From the IMG/VR virus record IMGVR_UViG_3300021964_009390, positions 1 through 64,000 of that record: a stretch of DNA of 64,000 nt. One strand, 5' to 3'. The translations under genes and the position numbers were made by a program. Below the pieces are notes generated by a model. That model was given only the letters and a program-made list of their open reading frames with translations. It was not told the DNA's origin and made no database searches. Shown here in pieces: positions 29,457 through 39,631 of the stretch; within the stretch, counting starts at the first letter, position 1, and every line of letters begins with the position of its first letter.

Positions 29457-31646
29457 TTAATTTTGTTCTAACTTCTTAATATACACTCCCCATACACAAT
29501 TTTCCAGGAGAGCTTCTCCTGCCCATTCCACGTCCTTTAAATTTAAAATATTTTCGAACCCAGACTCATGCCACTGCCACCGTCCGGAACCATAAATTCT
29601 ATCGTATGCCTCTTGGTTTCTAGCAAAATCATGCAACATCAATACATCCCCTTCTTCAGCTATAGGTGAGTAAGTCCCGAACTCTGCGTTTTTTGAATTA
29701 CCGTCTACGAGCCAGCAAGTTTTTTTATCTTGAGCTAGCTTCCGCAAATGCTCTATTGTCTTGGTATTAAAACAATCAAGAGGTTTAAATTTTATATTAT
29801 TAAATGTATCAAACATCTTTTGAGAGTGCCTGGGGAATGGGTCAATCGTATGTATCGGAGTTTGAGGACAAATAGTTGCCAAAAAGGCAGTCAGGCCCCC
29901 CTCCCCTGTACCTAGTTCAATAATTAAATCAAACTTGTTACGAGAAAAGTAATCATGGAAGGCGTGGTACGCTCCTGGATGTTGTTGTGATCGTAAACCT
30001 TTTAGGGAATCGCTCCACCCTCCTTCAAAACAAGGTCCGTTATATTCAGATTTGGATGTACGTAATAGTATGTCAAGCTCATCCGTACCAAGGTAAGTAT
30101 CTATTAGTCGTTGAAGTAAAAAGTCTTCCGGCATGATACCTTTTTGATGATGCCGGATTTGAGACGAATGTAGAGTTACTACAACTGTATCTTCGAGTAC
30201 AATATCGTCTAGCGGGATCGTTGCTGATTTGTATATGTCACTAAACGAGCCATGCCGGCTTTGCGCAAACTGAAGAGAGATTACATTCTCATCAATATAT
30301 TTTACTAAATTTCTATAACCGAGCTCTTTAATACCATATTTTGTAGGAGTGTTTAACAAATCTCCCCAGCCGATATGCAAGGACATAACAGCATTTACAG
30401 ATTCCATTACCTTTTTGAACACTTGAGACCTAGGCCTACATGCCATCGCGCAGATGTTAACGCTACCACACCCCGCATTTTCGAGAGGTTGAACCTGATC
30501 ATGTGTCCATGTATGGCTCATAATAGACTCGTACAGGTCTCCTACAACAAACATATCAGCGTCTAACCACATACCCCCATTCTCGTACAAGACCCTTTGC
30601 CGAGCGTAATCTGATTTAAATTCAACACATAGTGAGTCATATTCTTCTGGTATATCGTCAAACGTTGATTTTAACTTTTCAGTGTTCCACACTTCGAAGA
30701 CGCAATTAGAATTCTTTTCCATAGACTGTAAACATTTTTCAATGAAATACGGTTTTTCTCCCTCCCAAAATGTGAATAGTTTCCTTTCTTCGAAGAATCG
30801 CCAATCGTAACTGTCTAGTCTGTCAATAAGTGCGGTTCTTTCTTCTTCTGTGAATTCTTGATCAAACCTTTTCAAATGCAAATTCTCCATGATGAAATCA
30901 AAATACGTAGCCCCTGGATACAAAGGCCGGCCTGAGCCAGTATCGTTATTTTGAGTAGTGATTCCCTCAGATGTACATTGCAAATGGACATACGAAGGTT
31001 TACCTCTGTTAGGGTCTCCCCAATAATATACAAAACTATGGTCACCCATACCAACTGCTGGGTCTATACAGAGCATTTCAAATTTGGATGTCCATTGAGG
31101 ATGAGGGTGTTGCTTTTCCGCTTGCATGTTACCGAATCCATAATGGTCTAAAACGGATTTTTTGACTACAATACAACCTTCACAGTAATTGCGTATTGCG
31201 TTAATTTTAGGATACATCTCCAAATTGCTGTCTATTTGAAGCTGTTCTGTTGGCTTACAACCAAGATGTGTACCTTTATTCAACCACTTGACGGCATTGG
31301 ACAAATGCCACGGTAGGTAAATATCATCATCATCCCATATAGCGACGTATTCCGAATGCTGACCACCAAAACTGTCCACGTATGTAAGAGCCTTGTTATA
31401 TACATCCGAGATCGACTCAAACTCACCGGCGTTTATTAGACGTATGTTGTGTTGCTGTTTTAAAAATTCAGACAACTTTATTTCTACTCGGTGATTGTTA
31501 AAAATAATCAGCTCTTTATTAGGATAATCCTGTAACATAAAATACGATATAGCTGAACGTAATAACTCATATCGCCCCTTCGTCGCGCAAAGGCATGTCA
31601 CTTTAGGTACACCGTAAATGTATTCTGGTTCCGGCTTAACTTCCAT
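29457..31646 (-). CDS. Three-domain fusion: GT2 glycosyltransferase + GT32/capsular DxD glycosyltransferase + class I SAM methyltransferase
   Basis: N-terminus CATKGR...IWDDDDIYLP; middle FKSDYARQRVLYENGGMWLDAD; C-terminus IIELGTGEGG...LVDG...LMLHD. Confidence 0.8.
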   Translation of the reverse strand: MEVKPEPEYIYGVPKVTCLCATKGRYELLRSAISYFMLQDYPNKELIIFNNHRVEIKLSEFLKQQHNIRLINAGEFESISDVYNKALTYVDSFGGQHSEYVAIWDDDDIYLPWHLSNAVKWLNKGTHLGCKPTEQLQIDSNLEMYPKINAIRNYCEGCIVVKKSVLDHYGFGNMQAEKQHPHPQWTSKFEMLCIDPAVGMGDHSFVYYWGDPNRGKPSYVHLQCTSEGITTQNNDTGSGRPLYPGATYFDFIMENLHLKRFDQEFTEEERTALIDRLDSYDWRFFEERKLFTFWEGEKPYFIEKCLQSMEKNSNCVFEVWNTEKLKSTFDDIPEEYDSLCVEFKSDYARQRVLYENGGMWLDADMFVVGDLYESIMSHTWTHDQVQPLENAGCGSVNICAMACRPRSQVFKKVMESVNAVMSLHIGWGDLLNTPTKYGIKELGYRNLVKYIDENVISLQFAQSRHGSFSDIYKSATIPLDDIVLEDTVVVTLHSSQIRHHQKGIMPEDFLLQRLIDTYLGTDELDILLRTSKSEYNGPCFEGGWSDSLKGLRSQQHPGAYHAFHDYFSRNKFDLIIELGTGEGGLTAFLATICPQTPIHTIDPFPRHSQKMFDTFNNIKFKPLDCFNTKTIEHLRKLAQDKKTCWLVDGNSKNAEFGTYSPIAEEGDVLMLHDFARNQEAYDRIYGSGRWQWHESGFENILNLKDVEWAGEALLENCVWGVYIKKLEQN

Positions 31647-31681
31647 GAAGTTATTTATATACAGCTGTATATCTGTTCAAC

Positions 31682-32221
31682 TTATTGTTGAGCAGGCTGT
31701 TGCTGTTGCTGAGCAGGCTGTTGCTGTTGCTGAGCAGGCTGTTGCTGTTGCTGAGCAGGCTGTTGCTGAGCAGGCTGTTGCTGTTGCTGAGCAGGCTGTT
31801 TACCCAACTGCTGTTGAACTTGTTGTATCAGTTGCTCCACTTTGCCGATACGCTGATCTATTGCAGCAATTTTCTGAACGTTAGTGTCAATCTCTTGCTC
31901 TTGTGTTTGGTCTAGTTGATCAGCCGCTTGTTGCGCCTTCTCGATACCTTGTGCTTGTTGAGCATCCACCTCCGCTTCTTGTGAAGCTTGTTGTTCTGCG
32001 TCTTGCGCTTGTTGGTCTACTTGTCCTTGTAAATTGTCAATTTGTGTTCCTGCATCCTTACCTCGAGCGGCATCCACCGTGTCTTGTATTGCGGTGCTGA
32101 TTCCCCCGGTGGCTATATCTAAAGCATGCCCTCCTGCAGTCTTCGCGGCATTTTTCATGTTCTGCCAGTTAACCTCGTTAATTTTAACGTACTGTTTGTA
32201 AATATCATCAACTTTGCTCAT
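31682..32221 (-). CDS. Gln-rich late protein with a PAQQQQQ repeat tail
   Basis: TAAATA 5 nt upstream; coiled-coil-like Q/A-rich body. Confidence 0.75.
   Translation of the reverse strand: MSKVDDIYKQYVKINEVNWQNMKNAAKTAGGHALDIATGGISTAIQDTVDAARGKDAGTQIDNLQGQVDQQAQDAEQQASQEAEVDAQQAQGIEKAQQAADQLDQTQEQEIDTNVQKIAAIDQRIGKVEQLIQQVQQQLGKQPAQQQQQPAQQQPAQQQQQPAQQQQQPAQQQQQPAQQ
31690..31800. repeat. 21-bp tandem repeat GAGCAGGCTGTTGCTGTTGCT (4 full copies, one 15-bp copy, one partial copy)
   Basis: Read directly; encodes QQQQQPA on the minus strand. Confidence 0.95.
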
Positions 32222-32276
32222 GTTATTATTTATTTAGTTGCACCGGATAACAATATAATATATAATAAATAATTAC

Positions 32277-32660
32277 GGGCCTGTAAAGGATTCGACGTTC
32301 ATTGACAGTTAACAACCGCAAGTGAGAGAGATGCCTGGCTCTCTAAAAAGGCATACCCGCATACTTGGCGATATTCAAGATGCTAAGCGTGGTGTTCAAG
32401 AGGTCCTTCACGGGATCTTCTCCGAGCAGCCCGCTCTCTTGGCAGCTTAAGCTGTCACGTGTCACCCCGGATGCTCGATAAGGGAGTGATGCGTCAACAT
32501 CGAGCAAGCACCAGATATGTTGTCTGTTGATGACTGGTGTTGAAACTCAAATCGAAACAGGATAGGAGGTCTGCAGCCGAGAACAGTAGACTAAACTTGT
32601 GAACGAGGTGTTAACCAGAGATGTTAACGGACGCCGGTTCGACTCCGGCCAGGTCCACCA
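32277..32660 (+). ncRNA. ssrA: tmRNA (transfer-messenger RNA), 384 nt
   Basis: 5' GGGCCTG pairs with 3' CAGGTCC-ACCA, including the G3:U alanine determinant. Also GGATTCGAC, the T-arm GCCGG-TTCGACT-CCGGC, pseudoknot 1 (GAGAGAG/CTCTCT with ATGCCT/AGGCAT), and a tag ORF ending ALLAA-TAA. Confidence 0.95.
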
Positions 32661-32912
32661 TTTTCATGAAATATACAATATTATCCATCATACTACCATG
32701 AGGCTCACAAAGTATCAAAAAGCTAGACTACTAGAGTTTGAATGGAACGTTGTTGACAACGGCGTGGACAACACGTGTTGGTTGAGGATAGACAAAAACG
32801 ATGGTCGAGTGTTTGAAGACGTCAAACAATTGCTAGATTGCAGTGATGGTACAGACCATATTAAAATTTTGATCGTGGCACACAGTGGTCGAGCCATCGA
32901 CCCGGTCAGTCA

Positions 32913-33653
32913 TTGAGTATATATATGGTTTGTTTTAAAAAACAAGTACGTAAGGTAAGTGTAGAACAACGCGGGGAATTTGCATATAGCTTAGGTAACA
33001 TAATAACATGGTCACTTACCCTCAAACCAGGGTACCGTCCGGTTGTGGACCAACATACGAGCAATTACCCTAACACACTGGCCAGCGATATAATAGAGTA
33101 TGCCAAAGACGACAATACACCTGGCCATCAAAACAGATTGAAAAATATCTACGAAAATATAATCAAACCAAAATTGAGTTATACAAGTAAAATATATGTA
33201 CATTTGAGACTAGGAGATTGTTCGATATCTAGAAGAGTTGTAGATAAGAACAAAATAACTTATGTGGAAAACCCTGTGAATACTACTCATTTTAAAAATA
33301 CTGTTATAGATATATACAAACACGACCAAACCACTTGTATCAATTTTGTTACTGGTGTTCATAATCATAAAGATTTAAAACATAATAAATATCTACAAAA
33401 AGGCCGACCTGGTCAAGGTTCATATGATAATATGGTTGAACAACTCGAAACACTAAAAACATTCTTAGAAGATAATTATATAACATATGATTTTTCTATT
33501 AACAACCACCCAGACGATGATTTTTTAAATATGGTTGGCTGTAAACAAGTGGTAACAACATATGGTAGTTTCGGTAAATATGTTAGAATGTTCCGCGCAT
33601 TAGGTGGTGCTAATGACGATATAAATTTATGTAACAAAAATGTGGAGCGCTAG
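32913..33653 (+). CDS. GT11-like (alpha-1,2-fucosyltransferase-like) protein
   Basis: YVHLRLGD and DDDFLNM...GSFG motifs. Confidence 0.5.
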   Translation: MSIYMVCFKKQVRKVSVEQRGEFAYSLGNIITWSLTLKPGYRPVVDQHTSNYPNTLASDIIEYAKDDNTPGHQNRLKNIYENIIKPKLSYTSKIYVHLRLGDCSISRRVVDKNKITYVENPVNTTHFKNTVIDIYKHDQTTCINFVTGVHNHKDLKHNKYLQKGRPGQGSYDNMVEQLETLKTFLEDNYITYDFSINNHPDDDFLNMVGCKQVVTTYGSFGKYVRMFRALGGANDDINLCNKNVER

Positions 33654-33691
33654 TGGTCCTAGCTTTATAAAAAAGTATAACTATATAATAT

Positions 33692-34483
33692 ATGTTCTAT
33701 TGCTTTGACGATTTAAATATAATTGTACATACACCACCAAAAAATGCGTGTACCACTGTAAAAGAATACATGTGGAACCAGCTACGCGTAAAGCATCCTG
33801 ACTTACCAAATCATCACCCACATGCGCGATCCATGGTGGAATACATGATAAGTGAACGTGCATGGGTTAGAGAGAAGGATATACCTGCTAGAATAAATGA
33901 TCGAGGGTATAAATTATATACAATATACAGAGACCCATACACCAGATTTTATAGCGCTTTACATCAAAAATTTATCGCTCATCACCCAGCTGGTAACAAA
34001 AATTTACTCCATCCGGAAACCCCTAGTCAAAAAAGAGGAGGGGAGTTTTACAACTGGTTTAAAAGTATACACGGGCAAGATATATCTAAGATAACAAATA
34101 AACAATTGATAGACTACCATTGTGGAACATATACTAGCATAGTAGACCCACATTTTACACCAATATTTAATAATGATATATACAATAACATAATCGATTA
34201 CAAAAACATTATTATATTAAATATTGATTCAAATTTAAATAAAAATTTGGATGAAATTTTTAAAGAGCGTACCACTACCTTTAAATTAAAAAGACATAAC
34301 ACAAGTACTTACAACACAAAATACCTGGCAGATTTCAATGAAAAAACATTTTTAGAAAACTGTATCGATGATAATAGATGTATAAACAAAAGCGAGTATT
34401 ACAAGAGCTCGGTACGTGAATCGTTCAAAATTGATTTTGATATGTACAACAAATTAGATAAGTTATCTATATATAGTACCTAA
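33692..34483 (+). CDS. Sulfotransferase family 2 protein
   Basis: 5'-PSB-like PKNACTTVK and 3'-PB-like RDPYTRFYSA. Confidence 0.75.
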   Translation: MFYCFDDLNIIVHTPPKNACTTVKEYMWNQLRVKHPDLPNHHPHARSMVEYMISERAWVREKDIPARINDRGYKLYTIYRDPYTRFYSALHQKFIAHHPAGNKNLLHPETPSQKRGGEFYNWFKSIHGQDISKITNKQLIDYHCGTYTSIVDPHFTPIFNNDIYNNIIDYKNIIILNIDSNLNKNLDEIFKERTTTFKLKRHNTSTYNTKYLADFNEKTFLENCIDDNRCINKSEYYKSSVRESFKIDFDMYNKLDKLSIYST

Positions 34484-35173
34484 TTTTTTTTGTTGCTTAG
34501 ACCAGTGTGTACCACCTCTTGTTATTGGGTATATCTTTATATATTTAATAATATCTTCTCTACATACTAGATTGATACTATGGTCTACTTTTAACTTGTC
34601 GATGTAAAATAGAAGGTTTTGTTTCCAATCAGTATCACTAGGGTAACCAATCAGTGAGGAGATATAATGCTGAATTACACCAGGCCCTGTACAGCTCCAA
34701 ACATTATTATGTTTTCTCTTTTCAATATTAACACATACATTACGCCATATTGTGGAGATATGTATATTTCTAGGTGTGGATATCAAAGGACTATTAGAAA
34801 TTCGAAACTTTCCCCGGGCATTAATTTTACAAACCAGTGTAATGTCGTACTCCGGAGCGATAAACAACTGTTTAATTTTTTTAAGATTACTGTGTATAAT
34901 TCGATGACTAGTATCCCAATAACTGCCCCCGTCAACCAAACATCTGACTATCCTAAACATATCCGACCGGGCGGCCGGTAATGTATCATGGAAATTTTCA
35001 AAATATTCACAAACTTCCGGAGACATGTTGTCACGTATGTATTCACTAGCAGTGTCTCTGTTATACAAAACATAGCTTTCACTCGAAACAATATTTTCCA
35101 TTGACTTAATATTAGGAGTTAGCCGTGGGTCTATATTAATTGTGTCCCAGTATTGAAATAATGTTTTTATCAT
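34463..35173 (-). CDS. GT32/OCH1-like DxD glycosyltransferase
   Basis: LFQYWD, AARSDMFR...GGSYWD, TGPG. Confidence 0.75.
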   Translation of the reverse strand: MIKTLFQYWDTINIDPRLTPNIKSMENIVSSESYVLYNRDTASEYIRDNMSPEVCEYFENFHDTLPAARSDMFRIVRCLVDGGSYWDTSHRIIHSNLKKIKQLFIAPEYDITLVCKINARGKFRISNSPLISTPRNIHISTIWRNVCVNIEKRKHNNVWSCTGPGVIQHYISSLIGYPSDTDWKQNLLFYIDKLKVDHSINLVCREDIIKYIKIYPITRGGTHWSKQQKKLGTIYR

Positions 35174-35190
35174 ATAAGTATATATAACTT

Positions 35191-35961
35191 ATGGGAAAAT
35201 TACAACATGTATATGTAGCTACTGTATGTACCGGTAACCGATTAGAAGAGTTTAAATTGTTAAAACGGACATTAGAAAGATATCATCGTTGTACATGGTA
35301 TGTGACATGTGACACGTATAGTCACACGACCATCAAACAATATCATAATGTAGTTGCATTAGAGAAGCAGTTACAACCCGCTAGAAACACTGGAGAAAGC
35401 TTTCAAAACTTCACCGCGGTAGTTGAGAACAAGATGGAGAGCATGATACATGGTATAAACCAGCATGGTTGGTGCCTATTCTTGGATACCGATTTGATAT
35501 TTTTAAATAAACTAGACGGTGAGTTTACATCTTATATTAATAATGACACAAAACGGTTATTTGTAACTGATCACTATTCTTTAACACCACGAAAATACGG
35601 TAGATTCAACGCCGGAATGATCGCGATGAAAGATGTAGATACCGCTCGTCGATGGTCGCAATTGACATATGAGCTGTCATGCCCAGTAGGTCTAGAACAA
35701 AAACCAATTGAAAGTCTAGTACGTGAGAATAAACCCAACACCATTATCGCTGGTCCGCAATATAATTACGGGTGGTGGAGAGATAGGAACATAGATAATG
35801 CGCATAATGTTGTAGGAGGTCAATTCTGTATTAATAATAAACCGGTGGTAAACTTACATGTACATACAGATAAACTGTTGCAAAGAGCCCGGGAGTCTAG
35901 ATGGCTCGCTAAAATAAAAACCGACGTAAAAGAGTGTTCAAATTATCAAAATATATTATAA
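35191..35961 (+). CDS. GT-A fold nucleotide-sugar transferase
   Basis: LFLDTDLIF, FNAGMI, EQK..E, YNYGWW. Confidence 0.65.
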   Translation: MGKLQHVYVATVCTGNRLEEFKLLKRTLERYHRCTWYVTCDTYSHTTIKQYHNVVALEKQLQPARNTGESFQNFTAVVENKMESMIHGINQHGWCLFLDTDLIFLNKLDGEFTSYINNDTKRLFVTDHYSLTPRKYGRFNAGMIAMKDVDTARRWSQLTYELSCPVGLEQKPIESLVRENKPNTIIAGPQYNYGWWRDRNIDNAHNVVGGQFCINNKPVVNLHVHTDKLLQRARESRWLAKIKTDVKECSNYQNIL

Positions 35962-36698
35962 ACATACTTAGCAGTATTGTAACATATATTACTCACTTCA
36001 CTATCATTAAGCTTTATTTTTTTACAAATCTTATTCAATCTATCAAACTGTGTAATTTCATTAGAATATGGATAATCACTACCAAACATGATCTTGTTAG
36101 AAGGCATGTACCGTAAGAAATGTTTTACATCTTTCCAGATTGAACTACCTTTGAAATAACCTAATGTTAACGATAGGTCATAATACATATTACCAATTTT
36201 CCTCGTATGCATGAAGTAATCCAATATCTTCGACCCCCCAGCATGTGCTATAACAAACTTTTTATGTGGGTATCTCAATGCTAGCTTTATATTATGTTCT
36301 AGTGATGGTTGTATTGACAAATCGCACCAATCGTACCAGCCATCAATTATAATAGGAATCCTGTCCGGTATTATAGATATTATATCTGAAATAGTATCAT
36401 AGTCATGTGTACTAATCTGTTGAATTTTCGAATGTATTTTGGCACCTTGTATCTCACCTCGGTCTACCCTGTCTAAAAAGATTGATATATTATCCTCTGA
36501 TCGGAAATCGAATATACATGTAAGACTGTAACGTTTAGATGAATTATTGATAGTATCTCTGTACAATTCAAACAACTCTAGAAAATTGACTATCAGGTTA
36601 CCACCGGTGATATCAAGATTATAGTTATCAAAACCTACTACATTTTTTTCAAATACATCACCCTCTAGGTGTATATGACTATCAAAAATCATCGACAC
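35946..36698 (-). CDS. Amidohydrolase family 2 protein
   Basis: FDSHIH, GAKIHS, IAHAGG, YDLS, MFGSDYP. Confidence 0.85.
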   Translation of the reverse strand: MSMIFDSHIHLEGDVFEKNVVGFDNYNLDITGGNLIVNFLELFELYRDTINNSSKRYSLTCIFDFRSEDNISIFLDRVDRGEIQGAKIHSKIQQISTHDYDTISDIISIIPDRIPIIIDGWYDWCDLSIQPSLEHNIKLALRYPHKKFVIAHAGGSKILDYFMHTRKIGNMYYDLSLTLGYFKGSSIWKDVKHFLRYMPSNKIMFGSDYPYSNEITQFDRLNKICKKIKLNDSEVSNICYNTAKYVYNIF

Positions 36699-37740
36699 TT
36701 TCCTTTACAATCAACCACCCAGGTCTATGAGTTTTATCTACCACTGACATATTATCAAAGTTATCAGGTACAATATGACTATCGAGTACATCCACATACT
36801 TATTTTTAATATTATTAAATGATTGTATATCATTTACTTTAGGGTATAAAACAGTTACATTGTACGTACTATCAGTTTTGTTTATCGTCTTAAGCTCTCT
36901 AGCATATAACAGTTCATAAGGGGTAGGGGATATAAATTCCGGAAGAACTCTAGATGCGATATTACATCCACCGCCTCTACATGCAAAATCAATTAGATTG
37001 AAATTTCCGGAATCATTAACAACCCACTCTGAGTGAGTTAACCCGTTCTGCAAATTAGTGAAACTTACAAACATATCATTGTATTTTAAAATATGTTTAT
37101 ATTTAGAATTATTAGCAGTTGAGTAACTAATTTTATTCGCGACCGCAAATTGACTATGAGACTTCACACCTACAATAATAGAAGTATGTTCACCGTTCAT
37201 ACATACACCTTCAATTGTGATTTCAGTACCTTGCAGGAGTGGTTGTACTAATGAATCAGTAGTAATAACTACACTACCTGCAGGTTCAACTACATGTATG
37301 CTTTTACTATTGCTACCAATAACAGGTTTAACCACCATAGAATTGCTATTGCTATTTATATATTCAGTACCTCTCAATATTTTTTTTACTGAAGGTGTAG
37401 GTATATTATACTGCTTACATAGTCTATACATACTGTGCTTGTTACAATAATACTTTAATGTATTTGTCGATATATGAGGTAAATTATAATGACCGCTAAC
37501 AATACTGGCTGTTTGTGTTAAGTGATCTGATTGATCTGTAATGACACTATGTATGTCTATATTTTTTAAAAAATTTATAATACCCCGTATATCACAAGCA
37601 TCATGACATATCCATTGAAAATTATATCTAACATTTATCGGTCGATTTGGGGCGATGACTAATGTATTGTATTTGCTAGCAACATAGTTTATCAAGTCAA
37701 CCTGGCAGACCCCTGCGCCCAATACTACCACAGTACTCAT
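36682..37740 (-). CDS. ATP-grasp ligase
   Basis: VLGAG, NKHSM, VVKP..GSNSKSI, HSEW...IDFACRGGG. Confidence 0.8.
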   Translation of the reverse strand: MSTVVVLGAGVCQVDLINYVASKYNTLVIAPNRPINVRYNFQWICHDACDIRGIINFLKNIDIHSVITDQSDHLTQTASIVSGHYNLPHISTNTLKYYCNKHSMYRLCKQYNIPTPSVKKILRGTEYINSNSNSMVVKPVIGSNSKSIHVVEPAGSVVITTDSLVQPLLQGTEITIEGVCMNGEHTSIIVGVKSHSQFAVANKISYSTANNSKYKHILKYNDMFVSFTNLQNGLTHSEWVVNDSGNFNLIDFACRGGGCNIASRVLPEFISPTPYELLYARELKTINKTDSTYNVTVLYPKVNDIQSFNNIKNKYVDVLDSHIVPDNFDNMSVVDKTHRPGWLIVKESVDDF

Positions 37741-38318
37741 CTTGTTAAATTATAGAGCATCGAGTAATAATTATTGACCACTGGTTCAAAATATGTAACT
37801 TTAATATCACCAAAGTACTCGTCGTTCAAATAATCTCGACCGCCTGAACCGCTGATATATTCTCTACCATCTACTGCTCTTACAATATTTGCTAAAAGCT
37901 CAGACTTGTGCCCTTTAACGTTCAACTCACTAGCCATCACAATTGGAGTTTCAATACCCATCCTAACCATACACCATTTTATACTACTCATATTAATATC
38001 TACAAGCTTATCATACATGTATATGTCAGATATATCAGTTTTTAAATTTTGAAATATGGTCTGATTTATTTTTTTTCTCCAGATAACATCGGCTGATACA
38101 GTAACATCTTTAATAATCTTCCGGGTAGCTTTTTTTTCAACCGGAACAGTTATCCATTGCACCTTCCCGGACAACAACTTTATTTTGTTTCTATTTTGAA
38201 AATTATTTTTACAGAATTTAACATCATCTAATATTACAAATATATCTGCCAATTTTAACTTTTGGAAAAAACCTTCATATGGGAAATGTTCAGGCTGATG
38301 TATCGCAACTTTCATCAA
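37737..38318 (-). CDS. WbqC-like protein
   Basis: IHQPEHFPYEGFF.K....FVILDDVKF...FQNRNKI, YISGSGGRDY. Confidence 0.9.
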   Translation of the reverse strand: MMKVAIHQPEHFPYEGFFQKLKLADIFVILDDVKFCKNNFQNRNKIKLLSGKVQWITVPVEKKATRKIIKDVTVSADVIWRKKINQTIFQNLKTDISDIYMYDKLVDINMSSIKWCMVRMGIETPIVMASELNVKGHKSELLANIVRAVDGREYISGSGGRDYLNDEYFGDIKVTYFEPVVNNYYSMLYNLTR

Positions 38319-38959
38319 ATAAATAACCTATGTGGTATGTAACCCTCCGCATACTTGCAAGTTCTAGACAACGCACCATTTGAAAGAGCTTTAGAAGTTA
38401 TATAATCCTCCAAAGTTAGTTCATATTTATCGATACCTGCAGCTCCAAGTATTTGAGACCTGTAGAATGACGATATTTTGACTTTGTTACTTAGTTGTGT
38501 ACCATTTAACTCGGTGTATAATGTCGGTACAAATCTCAAGGTTGAAGGTGTCTCGTAGAGTAAAATATTCCGCTTATATCTGCATGCAGCAACTGCCGCC
38601 TGGTTTACTACTAGATGATCCTGGTGCGTGTCTTCATGATATGGTATGAATATATTGTGATAATGATTGTTAGTAACCAGGTTTTGTATAAAAATAATAA
38701 GCGAGTTTAAGTCTTTGTATAACTGTGTATCTACACCACCAGGGTACCTGATATGATTTACTTTGCAACCTAACGTACCGCGTAGCTCATTTACCGCGGC
38801 AATTTCCTCATCAATACGTACCTTGTCAGAAGGTAGCAAATCCTTATTCGCGACCAGTAGTATATCAAATTTATAACGGTCACTATACTTTAAAATATAA
38901 CCACCGCAGCTTATGACAAAGTCGTCCGGGTGCGGGGCAATTATTAAGATTTTATCCAT
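38315..38959 (-). CDS. PIG-L/LmbE family deacetylase
   Basis: IAPHPDD, DTHQDH, YETPST. Confidence 0.9.
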   Translation of the reverse strand: MDKILIIAPHPDDFVISCGGYILKYSDRYKFDILLVANKDLLPSDKVRIDEEIAAVNELRGTLGCKVNHIRYPGGVDTQLYKDLNSLIIFIQNLVTNNHYHNIFIPYHEDTHQDHLVVNQAAVAACRYKRNILLYETPSTLRFVPTLYTELNGTQLSNKVKISSFYRSQILGAAGIDKYELTLEDYITSKALSNGALSRTCKYAEGYIPHRLFI

Positions 38960-38989
38960 GTCGTATTATAGTATATATTGTAGTATGTT

Positions 38990-39631
38990 TCAAGTATGGT
39001 GGATTGAGCTCTCGAATTGGTTTTGAGTCACTATAGTTGGTTCTAACCAATACACATCTAAATCGAGAAACCTAGCTGCTTTGTTCATCCACCAGTCGAG
39101 AGGTAAATATACATGGGTGATTTCATTAGAGAAATGTTCATATAATTTATACGCACATTTTGGTGATATAATGTATGAGTCGGTACAACGTGTACAACCA
39201 TCACCTCCCCATTTTGTGGCATAGTTACACTTTTTATATATGTTAATTCCGGTGGTTTGTTGTTTTAGAGGGATATGTAAATCACAACCATCACCAATAA
39301 ACAACATGTCATAATCCTCCGGTAAAATGTGTGTATATATGTTTAGTTTATTGATAAAATCGTTACATAATTTGACATCATCTTCTAAAATTAACACATA
39401 ATTAGTCTGTTGTAATTTTTGCGAATCCCATATTGATAGATGTTTACAAAAACATGAAATCTCTCCTGGTGACAACTGGTTACTAAATTTACATTTATAA
39501 TTATGAGGTATGTTGTTACAGTCATAGTCGAATACATACTCCCACTCGACATTATATAATTTCAATTGCTCCTCCATATGCGCATGCCGTTCATTAAATG
39601 ATTTACATGTAACTACAAATGTATTATACAT
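38990..39631 (-). CDS. GT25 glycosyltransferase
   Basis: GEISCFCKH, LILEDDV, YIISPKCAYKL, PLDW. Confidence 0.85.
   Translation of the reverse strand: MYNTFVVTCKSFNERHAHMEEQLKLYNVEWEYVFDYDCNNIPHNYKCKFSNQLSPGEISCFCKHLSIWDSQKLQQTNYVLILEDDVKLCNDFINKLNIYTHILPEDYDMLFIGDGCDLHIPLKQQTTGINIYKKCNYATKWGGDGCTRCTDSYIISPKCAYKLYEHFSNEITHVYLPLDWWMNKAARFLDLDVYWLEPTIVTQNQFESSIHHT

Noticed and set aside
31618-32100. Plus-strand ORFs with AVAVAEQ / LLSRLLL repeats
   Set aside because: These are shadow frames of the 21-bp repeat. The minus-strand Gln-rich ORF has a promoter motif and a non-repetitive body.
32599-32697. tRNA-like 3' end, and the long N-terminus of ORF 32599-32916
   Set aside because: The T-arm and ACCA belong to the tmRNA; the ORF more plausibly starts at ATG 32698.
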